In this document: one piece after another, positions 26,947 to 39,985 of the stretch | Layout of the letters: each line of letters begins with the position of its first letter | How positions within the stretch are numbered: position 1 is the stretch's first letter | NCBI GenBank assembly: GCA_965203835.1 | Contig: OZ241919.1 | Coordinates: forward strand, 694,140 to 758,139 | Direction: 5' to 3' | Source: Dehalococcoidia bacterium | Lineage (GTDB): Bacteria > Chloroflexota > Dehalococcoidia > Lucifugimonadales > UBA3495 | DNA: 64,000 nt | Made by a program: the position numbers and the translations under genes | Notes under the pieces: model-generated | What the model was told of the DNA's origin: nothing | Databases searched by the model: none | What the model saw: only the letters and a program-made list of their open reading frames with translations

Positions 26947-28191
26947 ATGTCCAACGCATCTGTTCCGAATCGTAATTCCCGCCTTGGCGGGAATCCAAGG
27001 GGGGCCCTATCCGGGGTAAGGGTGCTTGACCTTACCCACCATATAGCCGGGCCTTGGTGCACCAAGTTATTGGCCGACTACGGGGCTGAGGTCATCAAAG
27101 TGGAGCCTCCCGGCGGCGATCCCGCACGGGGTATGACACCTTTCTTCCACGACGAGGCGCACCGGGACAAGAGCCTGCTGTTCCTGTACCTGAACACCAG
27201 CAAGCGCGGCATTACCCTTAACCTCAAGTCGTCCGAGGGGAAAAGTGTCTTTTTTGAGCTGATTAAAGACACCGACGTGCTGGTGGAAAACTACTCGCCA
27301 CGGGTGATGCCGTCCCTGGGCCTCGACTATCAGACCCTTAGGGAGCAGAACCCTTCCTTGGTAATGACGTCGATCTCCAACTTCGGGCAGACCGGACCGT
27401 ACCGGGACTACAAGGCCACCGAGATCGTGGAGTACGCCTTGGGCGGCCTGATGTACATCTTCGGCAACTACGACCGGGAACCGCTGAAGCATGCCCTGCA
27501 CCAAGCCCAGTTCAAGGCGGGCACTGACGCCGCTTCCGCGACCCTTATGGCCTTTTATCACCAGCGACTGACCGGCGAAGGTCAGCACATCGACGTGTCG
27601 ATACAGGAAGCGATAGCGTCGACGCTGCGGGACGTGGTGGACAACTACACCTATACCGGCGCGGTGCGGCGGCGGCAGCCCAACCACAGCGGCGACCTGA
27701 CCCGGTTGAGGGCGGCATCGGACGGGTACATCCTGCCCAACCCCGGCATCGGCGCCGGTCTGAACTGGAACACGGTAGTGGACTTCCTGGAAGAACCGGC
27801 GCTTGATGACGAGAGGTTCTCAGACGCGTCGGCCCGGTTGGCCAACGCTGAGGAGCTTGGCGAAATACTCGACCGGTGCTTCGAGACCAAGAAGAAAGCC
27901 GACATGTTCTACGCCGCCCACGAACGCCGCTTCATCTACGGGATGGTGCAGTCGCCGGAAGAGGTAATGGAAAATCCCCAGTACCAACACCGGGGCTACT
28001 TTGTCGAGTTGGACCATCCAGTTGTCGGCCCGGCAAAGTACCCGGGCGCCCCTTTCATCATGTCCGGCACACCTTGGGAGGCATCGTTGCCGGCCCCGGC
28101 CTTGGGGGAGCACAACGAACAGGTCTTCCGGGACAGGCTGGGTTACTCGGACGACGACTTGGCTCGGCTGCGGGCTGCGGGAGTGGTCTGA
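26947..28191 (+). CDS. CaiB/BaiF family III CoA-transferase, subunit lacking the catalytic Asp
   Basis: LSGVRVLDL, GAEVIKVEPPGGD, NTSKRGITLNLK, GQHIDVS, APALGEHN; QAQFKAG where Asp is expected. Confidence 0.9.
   Translation: MSNASVPNRNSRLGGNPRGALSGVRVLDLTHHIAGPWCTKLLADYGAEVIKVEPPGGDPARGMTPFFHDEAHRDKSLLFLYLNTSKRGITLNLKSSEGKSVFFELIKDTDVLVENYSPRVMPSLGLDYQTLREQNPSLVMTSISNFGQTGPYRDYKATEIVEYALGGLMYIFGNYDREPLKHALHQAQFKAGTDAASATLMAFYHQRLTGEGQHIDVSIQEAIASTLRDVVDNYTYTGAVRRRQPNHSGDLTRLRAASDGYILPNPGIGAGLNWNTVVDFLEEPALDDERFSDASARLANAEELGEILDRCFETKKKADMFYAAHERRFIYGMVQSPEEVMENPQYQHRGYFVELDHPVVGPAKYPGAPFIMSGTPWEASLPAPALGEHNEQVFRDRLGYSDDDLARLRAAGVV
26971..26996. repeat. REP-like element, family A, inside the CoA-transferase 5' coding region
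   Basis: CGTAATTCCCGC-cttg-GCGGGAATCC (reverse orientation), read as RNSRLGGNP. Confidence 0.75.
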
Positions 28192-28193
28192 TA

Positions 28194-29546
28194 ATGGCAG
28201 GGCCGCTTGCCGGGGTCAGAGTGCTGGAAATGGGCCAACTCATCGCCATCCCGTGGGCGATGAAGATGATGGCCGACATGGGCGCTCAGGTCATCCGGCT
28301 GGAGTCCACCCTGCGCATGGAAAGCTACCGGGGCGACTCCCTGTACCGGAACGACATCAGCGGCGAGTTCTGGAACCGGGGCGGCAACTTCTACGAGCAG
28401 AACCGCAACAAGCTGGGCATTACCCTGGACCTGAGCAAGCCGCAGGGGTTGGGATTGCTAAAGGAACTGGTGGCGATAAGCGACGTTTTCGCCGAGAACT
28501 TCACCCCGCGGGTCATCAGGAATTTCCAACTGGAGTACGACGACCTGCGTAAAATCAAGCCGGACATCATCATGGTTTCGTCCACCGGCTACGGGTTCAC
28601 CGGGCCTTGGGCCAACTTCGGCGCAACCGGCCCGGCTACCGAAGGCGCCTCGGGATTGGCCTACATGACCGGCTACGCCGACGGACCGCCGGTGCTTCCT
28701 GAAATACCCTACACCGACTATACCGCCGGGGAGCAGACGGTGTTCGCCGTTATGGCGGCGTTGGTGCACCGCTTGAACACCGGCCAGGGACAGTTCATCG
28801 ACGTGTCCCAGTCCCAGACCGCCAGCGCGACCGTCCCGGAAGCCCTGCTCGACTTTGCCGTCAACGGGCGCATTGAGCCCCGGATGGGCAACCAGGACCC
28901 CGATATGGCGCCCCACGGGTGCTATCCATGCCGGGGCGACGACCGCTGGATAGCCATAGCCGTGGCTGACGACGCCCAATGGCACAGCCTTTGCGGAGTG
29001 CTGCAACGGCCCGCTTGGGCGCAGGATGCTAGGTTTGGCGACGCGGCGGGGCGATTGCGTCACCGGGGGGAATTGGACCAACTCGTGGGTGAGGCCACTG
29101 CCGGTTGGGACGCGGGTGAACTCACGGAAAAACTCCAGGACGCCGGAGTCCCGGCGGGTGCGGTCCTCGACGGCAAGGACCTGTTGTTCGACAAGCACCT
29201 GATGGAGCGGCGCTTCTTCGAAGTGGCGTCCCATCACCCCAGCACCGGTATGCCGCCGCTTCCCTACGTGGGCCGCCCGTGGAAAATGTCCGCCACGCCT
29301 GCCGTTCCCGGACGCGCCGCGCCGCTATTGGGGGAACACAACGAGTTCACGTTGGTCGACTTACTGGGGCGCGACAGGGAAGAGTTAGCAGTCTTGGAAA
29401 GAGACGGAGTAATCGGTTACGCTCCCGCTACAGCCCGGCCGGTGGCGCGGCCGCCGTTGGATGAGCAGGTGCGCCAAGGCCGGATGCAACGTTACGACAC
29501 CGACTTCCAGAAACAGGTGGAGCGGGCATACCCGCCCCAACAATAG
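28194..29546 (+). CDS. CaiB/BaiF family III CoA-transferase, catalytic subunit
   Basis: MAGPLAGVRVLE, NRNKLGITLDL, ENFTP, PYTDYTAG (Asp present), APHGCYPC; ATG 2 nt after the upstream stop. Confidence 0.9.
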   Translation: MAGPLAGVRVLEMGQLIAIPWAMKMMADMGAQVIRLESTLRMESYRGDSLYRNDISGEFWNRGGNFYEQNRNKLGITLDLSKPQGLGLLKELVAISDVFAENFTPRVIRNFQLEYDDLRKIKPDIIMVSSTGYGFTGPWANFGATGPATEGASGLAYMTGYADGPPVLPEIPYTDYTAGEQTVFAVMAALVHRLNTGQGQFIDVSQSQTASATVPEALLDFAVNGRIEPRMGNQDPDMAPHGCYPCRGDDRWIAIAVADDAQWHSLCGVLQRPAWAQDARFGDAAGRLRHRGELDQLVGEATAGWDAGELTEKLQDAGVPAGAVLDGKDLLFDKHLMERRFFEVASHHPSTGMPPLPYVGRPWKMSATPAVPGRAAPLLGEHNEFTLVDLLGRDREELAVLERDGVIGYAPATARPVARPPLDEQVRQGRMQRYDTDFQKQVERAYPPQQ

Positions 29547-29601
29547 CCGCGCCAGTAAGGCTCCCCGCCTTGAGGGAGGGATCCCTTGCTCTCCGGTGGG
29601 G

Positions 29602-30198
29602 TCACAACCCCCGGCTTTGCTCGTAGGCGGCGATCCTGTCTTCGAATTGCAGCGTAAGCCCTATGTCGTCCAATCCGTTGAGCAGGTTGTGGCGGTTGGC
29701 GGAGTCCACTTCGAAGGCGATGGAGATTTCTTCGTCTTCATCCCACACCCGCTGCCCCACCAGGTCCACGGTCAGCTTGACGCCCGGCTTGCCCTGGGCC
29801 TTGTCCATGATCTGCCGCACCTGCTCTTCGGGTAGCCTCAGAGGGAGCAAGCCGTTCTTGAAGCAGTTGTTGTAGAAAATGTCGGCGAAGCTCGGCGCGA
29901 TGATGCACTTGATGCCGTAGTCCCGCAGCGCCCAGGGAGCGTGCTCCCGGGAAGAGCCGCAGCCGAAATTATGGCCCGCTACCAGAACGTTGGCGTTCCG
30001 GTACTCCGGCTTGTTGAGCACGAAATCAGGATGGGGGCTCCCGTCCTCGTTGTAACGCCAGCGGGAAAACAGCGCGTCCTCGAATCCGCTCCGTTCGATG
30101 CTCTTCAGGAAGACCGCCGGGATAATCTGGTCGGTGTCAACGTTGACCCGGTCCAGCGGCGCCACCACGCCGGTAAGTTCGGTGAATGCGTCCATCAT
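29602..30198 (-). CDS. leuD: 3-isopropylmalate dehydratase small subunit
   Basis: [49 protein letters not shown]. Confidence 0.97.
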   Translation of the reverse strand: MMDAFTELTGVVAPLDRVNVDTDQIIPAVFLKSIERSGFEDALFSRWRYNEDGSPHPDFVLNKPEYRNANVLVAGHNFGCGSSREHAPWALRDYGIKCIIAPSFADIFYNNCFKNGLLPLRLPEEQVRQIMDKAQGKPGVKLTVDLVGQRVWDEDEEISIAFEVDSANRHNLLNGLDDIGLTLQFEDRIAAYEQSRGL

Positions 30199-30278
30199 GT
30201 ACCTCTTCTGCGTTTGGGTTGTGCTCTCGCCTTAGGATCAGGCCAGGCTCAAAGCGTATCAATCCGCTTGCCAACCAC

Positions 30279-30824
30279 CTATTCGAATATCGACGTCAGG
30301 TTGATGGCCAGCCCTGGGAGCAATGGTGAAACCAGAGTTTCTCCATTATGAAAGTGAGCAGCAGGCGCCAGTTCGTCATCGTTCAGAGTGAGAATCTCTA
30401 CCAGCCTCGCGTCCGGGTGCACCATCCAGTATTCCAGTACCCCGCTTCTGCCATAGAGTTCTCGTTTATATCCCTGGTCAACGTGGGCTGTAGATTCCGA
30501 GAGTATTTCCACCACCAAGTCAGGCGCTCCTTTGCAATTGGCGTCGTCAATCCGTTCGATGCGGTTGTTGGAAACGAACAGGATGTCAGGTTGCACCACG
30601 GCATCCTCGGCCAGTATGACATCGTACGGCGCTGCCCGAATTTCGCCCAAGCGATTCTGGAACACGAACATGTACAATGCAACGATAAGCCTGATAGAGA
30701 TTCGCTGATGCCGGTCGTTTGGTGCTGGCGCCAATACCAATTCTCCATTCAAAAGTTGATACCGTTTGCCCGGAGGCGTGTTCATGTAGTCTTGGATGGT
30801 GAACTTAACATTCCGGCTGGCCAT
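30279..30824 (-). CDS. Uma2 family endonuclease
   Basis: YQLLNGEL..APAP...HQ, VVQPDILFV, APDLVVEILS, GV.EYW.V.P. Confidence 0.9.
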   Translation of the reverse strand: MASRNVKFTIQDYMNTPPGKRYQLLNGELVLAPAPNDRHQRISIRLIVALYMFVFQNRLGEIRAAPYDVILAEDAVVQPDILFVSNNRIERIDDANCKGAPDLVVEILSESTAHVDQGYKRELYGRSGVLEYWMVHPDARLVEILTLNDDELAPAAHFHNGETLVSPLLPGLAINLTSIFE

Positions 30825-30854
30825 AGCTCTAATAATCTAACCCCCTTCTTGGCG

Positions 30855-31481
30855 CTACGTCCCTTGCCAAAGTTCTCGCAACTCCAATACAAAACCCGGC
30901 AGCACCGGGTCGCCGGAAACAGACTCCGGTTCTTCCAGGGTTTCCACCGCCTTGCCTTGAAGGTACACGTGGACAATCCTTTCCGGGAAGTCGATCAGCC
31001 AGCCTAAGCGGGCGCCGTTCTCCATGTATTCAACCATCTTGGCCTGTGCCACTGCGAGTCTATCTGATGGTGAGCGAAGCTCCAACACAAAGTCTGGACA
31101 AAGAGGAGGGCATTTTGCTCTTTCCCCATCGGTTAGCGCCTCCCACCGGTCTTTGCGCACCCAAGAGACATCGGGGGAGCGAATCGCCCTATTCGGTAGA
31201 AGGAATCCGGTAGAAGAATCGAAAGGGACCCCTGTGTCATCTACGTCAACCCAGTTGCCAAAGCGTTGGACGATTCGGAAGTTGAGCGTACCAGTATCTC
31301 CACCTGTCGGCGGCATGATAATTAACTCCCCCTTAGCCGTAAGTTCCAAGCGAAGGTCGCTGTTGTCGGAACACAGCTTGAGGAACTGATCTTCCGTCAC
31401 GTCAAGCACGTTGATGTCCAACACCAACCGGTAAGGCAGGGTTGTGTGCGTCTCAACAGCCGGCTGCTTGGCGGTTGTCAC
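30855..31481 (-). CDS. Uma2 family endonuclease
   Basis: ELTAKGELIIMPP, DSSTGF.LP..A.RSPDVSW, CPDFVLELRSPSD, NGARLGWLID. Confidence 0.92.
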   Translation of the reverse strand: MTTAKQPAVETHTTLPYRLVLDINVLDVTEDQFLKLCSDNSDLRLELTAKGELIIMPPTGGDTGTLNFRIVQRFGNWVDVDDTGVPFDSSTGFLLPNRAIRSPDVSWVRKDRWEALTDGERAKCPPLCPDFVLELRSPSDRLAVAQAKMVEYMENGARLGWLIDFPERIVHVYLQGKAVETLEEPESVSGDPVLPGFVLELRELWQGT

Positions 31482-31483
31482 GG

Positions 31484-32884
31484 CTACAGGTCCCTTACGT
31501 CAACAAAGTGACCGGCTATGGCGGCGGCGGCGGCCATGGCGGGGCTTACCAAGTGGGTGCGCCCGCCCGGTCCCTGCCGGCCTTCGAAGTTGCGGTTGGA
31601 GGTGGAGGCGCAACGCTGGCCCGGGTCCAAGATGTCCGGGTTCATGCCCAAGCACATGGAGCATCCGGCCACGCGCCAGTCCAAGCCGGCCTCCCTGAAA
31701 ATCTCATCGAGGCCTTCCTCCTCGGCTTCTTTCTTTATCTTGGCCGAGCCTGGTACGACCATGGCGTAAACGTCGGGGTGCACCTTGTGGCCTTTCACCA
31801 CGTCAGCAGCGGCCCTCAGGTCCTCAAGCCTGGCGTTGGTGCAAGCGCCAACGAAGATGCGGTCTATCTTGATGTCCTGTATGGGCATTCCCGGCGTCAA
31901 GTCCATGTATTCCAATGCCCTGCCGGCCGCCTCCCGTTGCGCCTCGTCCTCGAAAGACGCCGGGTCCGGCACGTTGCCGCTGACAGGGGCCACCATGCCT
32001 GGATTGGTGCCCCAGGTCACGTAGGGCTCCAAGTCCGAGGCCGCGATTACCACCGTCTTGTCGTAGACGGCGCCCGGGTCAGAGGGCAACTGCCGCCACC
32101 GCTCTACGGCGGCGTCGAAATCCGCGCCCTGGGGAGCGAACTGGCGGCCCCGCATGTACTCGAAGGTCGTTTCGTCCGGCGCGATCATACCGGCCCTCGC
32201 CCCCGCTTCGATGCTCATGTTGCAAACGGTCATCCGCCCGTCCATCGACAGGGACCGGATGGCCTCTCCGGTATACTCGATGACGTGTCCCGTACCTCCG
32301 TTCACCCCTATTCGCCCTATTACCCCCAGGATTATGTCTTTGGCGGTGACGCCCGGTGGCAGAGGTCCGTCGATTCGCACCTCCATGGTCCTGGGCTTGG
32401 ACTGGCGTAGCGTCTGGGTGGCCAGGACATGCTCCACTTCGGAGGTTCCTATGCCCAGAGCGAACGCCCCCAGCGCGCCGTGGGTGGAAGTGTGGCTATC
32501 GCCGCAGACCACCGTTTTCCCCGGTTGGGTGTAGCCCAGGTCCGGGCCGATTATGTGGACGATTCCCTGCAACGGGCTGAAACGGTCGTAAAGCGTAACC
32601 CCGAACTCTTCGCAGTTGCGCGTCAGGGCGTCAAGCTGCGTCTTCGAAATCTCGTCGGTCACCGGCAACGCCAAGTCCCACGTGGGGGTATTGTGGTCGG
32701 CGGTGGCCACGGTGAGGTCGGTCCGGCGCACTTGACGCCCGGCCATGCGGAGGCCGTCGAAAGCTTGGGGTGAAGTGACTTCATGCACCAAGTGGAGGTC
32801 AATGTAAATCAGGCTTGGCTCGCCCGGCTCCTCGTGGACCACGTGGTTTTCCCAGATTTTTTCGAACATCGTTTTGGCTGGCAT
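31484..32884 (-). CDS. leuC: 3-isopropylmalate dehydratase large subunit
   Basis: [57 protein letters not shown]. Confidence 0.97.
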   Translation of the reverse strand: MPAKTMFEKIWENHVVHEEPGEPSLIYIDLHLVHEVTSPQAFDGLRMAGRQVRRTDLTVATADHNTPTWDLALPVTDEISKTQLDALTRNCEEFGVTLYDRFSPLQGIVHIIGPDLGYTQPGKTVVCGDSHTSTHGALGAFALGIGTSEVEHVLATQTLRQSKPRTMEVRIDGPLPPGVTAKDIILGVIGRIGVNGGTGHVIEYTGEAIRSLSMDGRMTVCNMSIEAGARAGMIAPDETTFEYMRGRQFAPQGADFDAAVERWRQLPSDPGAVYDKTVVIAASDLEPYVTWGTNPGMVAPVSGNVPDPASFEDEAQREAAGRALEYMDLTPGMPIQDIKIDRIFVGACTNARLEDLRAAADVVKGHKVHPDVYAMVVPGSAKIKKEAEEEGLDEIFREAGLDWRVAGCSMCLGMNPDILDPGQRCASTSNRNFEGRQGPGGRTHLVSPAMAAAAAIAGHFVDVRDL

Positions 32885-32987
32885 GTACGGTTTTTTCTCC
32901 TACGTTACATTTGGAATATAGAGCCTCGCAGACGCCCAAGAGTAACGAGAGCTCCGCATCTTGGTTGTACTTGAGCGGTTGGGTGAC

Positions 32988-32996
32988 ATTATAGCA
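32988..32996 (-). promoter_or_regulatory. Extended -10 element upstream of leuC
   Basis: TG-C-TATAAT on the minus strand, about 100 nt upstream of ATG. Confidence 0.5.
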
Positions 32997-33187
32997 TCGT
33001 AGCTTTTGGCCGTAGTCCACCAAGTGGCCTTCCGGGGGCATACGATGCGCAGGATTGAAGCCCGATTGGTGCAACCAACGATAATAATGATAAACTGGCA
33101 TCATCCATCGGCAATCAACCGCCGCCGCCCGGGTGTCAATCCAAGGAGCGGCGGCCAAACCCCCAAACTTTACGGAGGAACCAGACC

Positions 33188-35782
33188 ATGCCCGCGTCAG
33201 ACGCAGTTTTGCTCCCTACCAAAGTCCGGCCTGTGAAGTACACGTTGAAGCTGCAACCGGACTTGGACCACTTCACTTTCGATGGTGAAGAAAGCGTTGA
33301 CATCAACGTGGCGGAGTCCACGTCCGAAATAGTGGTAAACGCCATAGACTTGAAGATCAACTCAGCGACACTACACGCAGGCGGCTCTGCCTACAGCGCC
33401 AGCGGTATTGCTTACGACGAAGACCGACAGATGGCCGCTTTTTCTTTCGACCAGCCATTGCCGGTCGGGGATGCCCGTTTGGACGTGGAGTTCACAGGAG
33501 AGCTGAATGACCGTTTGCATGGCTTCTATCGCAGCGAGTACACCACTCCCGACGGCGAGCAACGGTTCTTAGCGGCGACGCAGTTCGAGGCAACCGACGC
33601 CCGCCGCGCCTTCCCCTGCTGGGACGAACCGGCCCATAAAGCCGTGTTCGACGTGACCCTGGTCATTCCCTCGGACTTGGTTGCCATCTCCAACGGCCCC
33701 GTGATTGAGGAGACGCAGCTTGACGGTGGTCTCAAGTCACTGCGGTTCGGTGAAACGCCTATTATGTCAACCTACCTGCTGGCTTTCGTCGTAGGCGATT
33801 TGGTGGGCATCCACCAGCAAGCCAACGAAAAGACCACCGTGGGTGTCTGGACAACCAGGGGCAAGGAGGACCAAGGCCGTTTCGCATTGGATACATCGGT
33901 AAAGCTCCTGTCCTTTTTCAACGACTATTTCGGCATACCGTACCCCTTGGAGAAGCTTGACCACATCGCCATCCCCGATTTCGCCGCCGGCGCAATGGAG
34001 AACTGGGGCGCGATAACCTACCGCGAGACCGCCTTGTTGGTGGACGAAGCCAACTCTTCCGCCGGCACCCGCCAACGGGTGGCGGAAGTGGTTGCCCACG
34101 AAATGGCCCACATGTGGTTCGGCGACCTGGTCACCATGGCGTGGTGGGACGACCTTTGGCTCAACGAAAGTTTCGCCTCATGGATGGGCACCAAGGCGGT
34201 GGACTGGCTGTTCCCTGACTGGCAGATGTGGACCCAGTTCGTCAACATGGACACCAACCGGGCCTTGAGCCTTGACGGGCTGAAGAACTCCCATCCCATC
34301 GAGCAGGAGGTCAAGGACCCAGCCGAGGTGAGCCAGCTATTCGACGCCATCAGCTATTCCAAGGGCGCGTCGGTCATCAGGATGCTGGAACAATTCCTTG
34401 GCCCCGACACCTTCCAGCAGGGCCTCAACCGCTACCTGACGGCCAACGAGTACGGCAACGCCCGGACAGAGGACCTCTGGTCAGCCTTGGAAGGCGCTTC
34501 CGGCCAGCCGGTCATGTCGATAATGGACTCTTGGACCAACCAGATGGGATACCCGGTCCTGCGGGTGGAGGCCAACCAAGGCCAGGACCAAGTCGACGTT
34601 GTCCTGCACCAAGAAAGGTTCGTTTACGACCGGTTGTTGGGCGACGAGGGGCCGGAGCCGGAGGTATGGCGCGTACCTGTGGCAATCTCCGCCGGTAACG
34701 GGGACGCCGCGGCTTCCATGGTAATGGACGGCCGCGATGCCACCCTTACCGTGCCCACGCACCAGCCCGCCGGCAGCCGGTGGTTCAAGGTCAACCCCCA
34801 GCAGACCGGATTTTTCCGGGTCAACTATCCGCCGGAAGGGTGGGAACAGTTGGTGCCGGCCATTCAGTCGCTGTCGTTGTCCCCCACCGACCGGTTGGGT
34901 ATCCAGAACGACGCCTACGCTCTCTCACGCGCTGGGCTGCTTCCCGTAACCCAGTTCCTGTCCATGGCCCACGCTTATACCAACGAGAACGACGCCTCCG
35001 TTTGGAGCGACTTGGCCAGCAACCTGCGCGACGTGGAAGGGCTGCTGGCCGACGAACCTATTCACGGGGCATTCCGGGGGTTCGCTCAAGACCTCTTCCG
35101 CCCTGCCGCCAACCGGTCCGGCTGGGAAGCCCAAGCCGGTGAAGGACACATGGACGCATTGCTCCGCAGCACGGTGCTGAGCCAGGCCGGCGGCTACGGG
35201 GACACGGAAATACTGGCCCAAGCCAACGACCGCTTCCTGCGTTTCCTGGAAGACCCCGATTCCCTGCGCCCCGACATACGCGGGGTGGTGTACAGCCTGG
35301 CGGGCCAAGCCGGCGACCGCACGACCTACGACCAGATGTGGGAGTTGGCAAGGAATACCGGTCTCCAGGAAGAGAAGATCCGGCTGTTCCTGGCATTGGC
35401 CCGGTTCCAACAGCCCGAATTGCTGCAGGAAACCCTGGAACGCACTCTCACATCTGACGTGCGTTCCCAGGACACCATCAGCGTCGTCGGAGCAGTGGCT
35501 TTCAACCTGAAAGGCCGAGACCTTGCTTGGGATTTCGTTAAGGACAACTGGCCCGAGTTCGACCGGCGCTACGGCGGCGGCGGCTTCGGGTTGATGCGCT
35601 TGGTCTCCATCTGCGGGGGCTTCACCAGCGAAGAGAGGCTGGCCGACGTGGAGAATTTCTTCGAAGAACACCCCACACCGGCGGCTGAAAGGACCATCCG
35701 CCAAGCATTGGAGCGGGTGCGTCTCAACATCAAGTGGCTGGAGCGTAACCGGACCGAGGTAGCCAACTGGTTCGGCGGATAG
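33188..35782 (+). CDS. M1 family aminopeptidase (puromycin-sensitive/tricorn F-like, ERAP1-C domain)
   Basis: TQFEATDARRAFPCWDEP, GAMENWG, HEMAHMWFG-WLNE, YSKG. Confidence 0.95.
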   Translation: MPASDAVLLPTKVRPVKYTLKLQPDLDHFTFDGEESVDINVAESTSEIVVNAIDLKINSATLHAGGSAYSASGIAYDEDRQMAAFSFDQPLPVGDARLDVEFTGELNDRLHGFYRSEYTTPDGEQRFLAATQFEATDARRAFPCWDEPAHKAVFDVTLVIPSDLVAISNGPVIEETQLDGGLKSLRFGETPIMSTYLLAFVVGDLVGIHQQANEKTTVGVWTTRGKEDQGRFALDTSVKLLSFFNDYFGIPYPLEKLDHIAIPDFAAGAMENWGAITYRETALLVDEANSSAGTRQRVAEVVAHEMAHMWFGDLVTMAWWDDLWLNESFASWMGTKAVDWLFPDWQMWTQFVNMDTNRALSLDGLKNSHPIEQEVKDPAEVSQLFDAISYSKGASVIRMLEQFLGPDTFQQGLNRYLTANEYGNARTEDLWSALEGASGQPVMSIMDSWTNQMGYPVLRVEANQGQDQVDVVLHQERFVYDRLLGDEGPEPEVWRVPVAISAGNGDAAASMVMDGRDATLTVPTHQPAGSRWFKVNPQQTGFFRVNYPPEGWEQLVPAIQSLSLSPTDRLGIQNDAYALSRAGLLPVTQFLSMAHAYTNENDASVWSDLASNLRDVEGLLADEPIHGAFRGFAQDLFRPAANRSGWEAQAGEGHMDALLRSTVLSQAGGYGDTEILAQANDRFLRFLEDPDSLRPDIRGVVYSLAGQAGDRTTYDQMWELARNTGLQEEKIRLFLALARFQQPELLQETLERTLTSDVRSQDTISVVGAVAFNLKGRDLAWDFVKDNWPEFDRRYGGGGFGLMRLVSICGGFTSEERLADVENFFEEHPTPAAERTIRQALERVRLNIKWLERNRTEVANWFGG

Positions 35783-35791
35783 GCGCGAGCG

Positions 35792-36361
35792 ATGGCCTTC
35801 ATAGATGCAGTATCGGCGCTTAACGGATTTAAGCGCCGCCGCATTATCCGGGACTACGCGATTATCGGTGCGGTTGCCGCCACTGCGTATATGGAGCCAA
35901 TATCCACTGAAGACATTGACGTAGTAATCCTGGTGGATACCGATGAGGAATATCTGCAAGCCGACGGCGTCATCGCTGAGCAGGCAGGAGGACAGGAGGG
36001 AATGCACCAGATATTAGGTGGCGTCCCAATTCAGCTGTTCCCCACCACGGTTATGCCGCTTTACCGCGACGCTGTGGAGCAGGCGAACAAGGTTCGGATT
36101 GACAACGTGAGGACCAAAGTAGCGACTGCCGAACACCTGATTCTACTGTACCTTACAGCCAATCGTCAGCGTGACCGGCTGCGTGTCGGGTATCTCGTTG
36201 AAGACGCGGATGAAAACAAACTGCAAGCCTTGTTGGACAGGTTCGACGATGCCGAAAAAACTCTTACCGGCAGACTCCAGAGCATACGCGGAATTAGCGT
36301 TCCACGAGAAAGAGAAATGGCATCGCCGTCGCAAGCGGATGAGTCTGGCCCGGAAACTTGA
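35792..36361 (+). CDS. Nucleotidyltransferase-fold hypothetical protein
   Basis: YAIIGAVAA..Y.EP..TEDIDV, ATAEHLI, R.RD..R. Confidence 0.65.
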   Translation: MAFIDAVSALNGFKRRRIIRDYAIIGAVAATAYMEPISTEDIDVVILVDTDEEYLQADGVIAEQAGGQEGMHQILGGVPIQLFPTTVMPLYRDAVEQANKVRIDNVRTKVATAEHLILLYLTANRQRDRLRVGYLVEDADENKLQALLDRFDDAEKTLTGRLQSIRGISVPREREMASPSQADESGPET

Positions 36362-36416
36362 GGCATTGGACCGAATGCGCGAAAGACCCCGGCTGAAGCT
36401 GGATATTTCTGAATAA
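36249..36416 (+). CDS. Small basic helical protein overlapping the NTase 3' end (possible TA partner)
   Basis: MPKKLLPADSRAYAELAFHEKEKWHRRRKRMSLARKLEALDRMRERPRLKLDISE; fills the gap to metH. Confidence 0.45.
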   Translation: MPKKLLPADSRAYAELAFHEKEKWHRRRKRMSLARKLEALDRMRERPRLKLDISE

Positions 36417-36428
36417 TGGTTGGTCTTG

Positions 36429-39950
<3,522 letters not shown>

Positions 39951-39985
39951 TTCCTCAATCCGCTGATCAGTTAAAAGGAGGACCC

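Noticed and set aside
27876-28193. N-terminal 106-aa extension of the second CoA-transferase
   Set aside because: Overlaps the upstream gene; family homology begins at ATG 28194.
32885-32987. Leucine attenuator or leader peptide upstream of leuC
   Set aside because: The ATG-initiated short ORF has only one Leu, the Leu-rich frame lacks a start after the promoter, and I found no U-tailed terminator or T-box motif.
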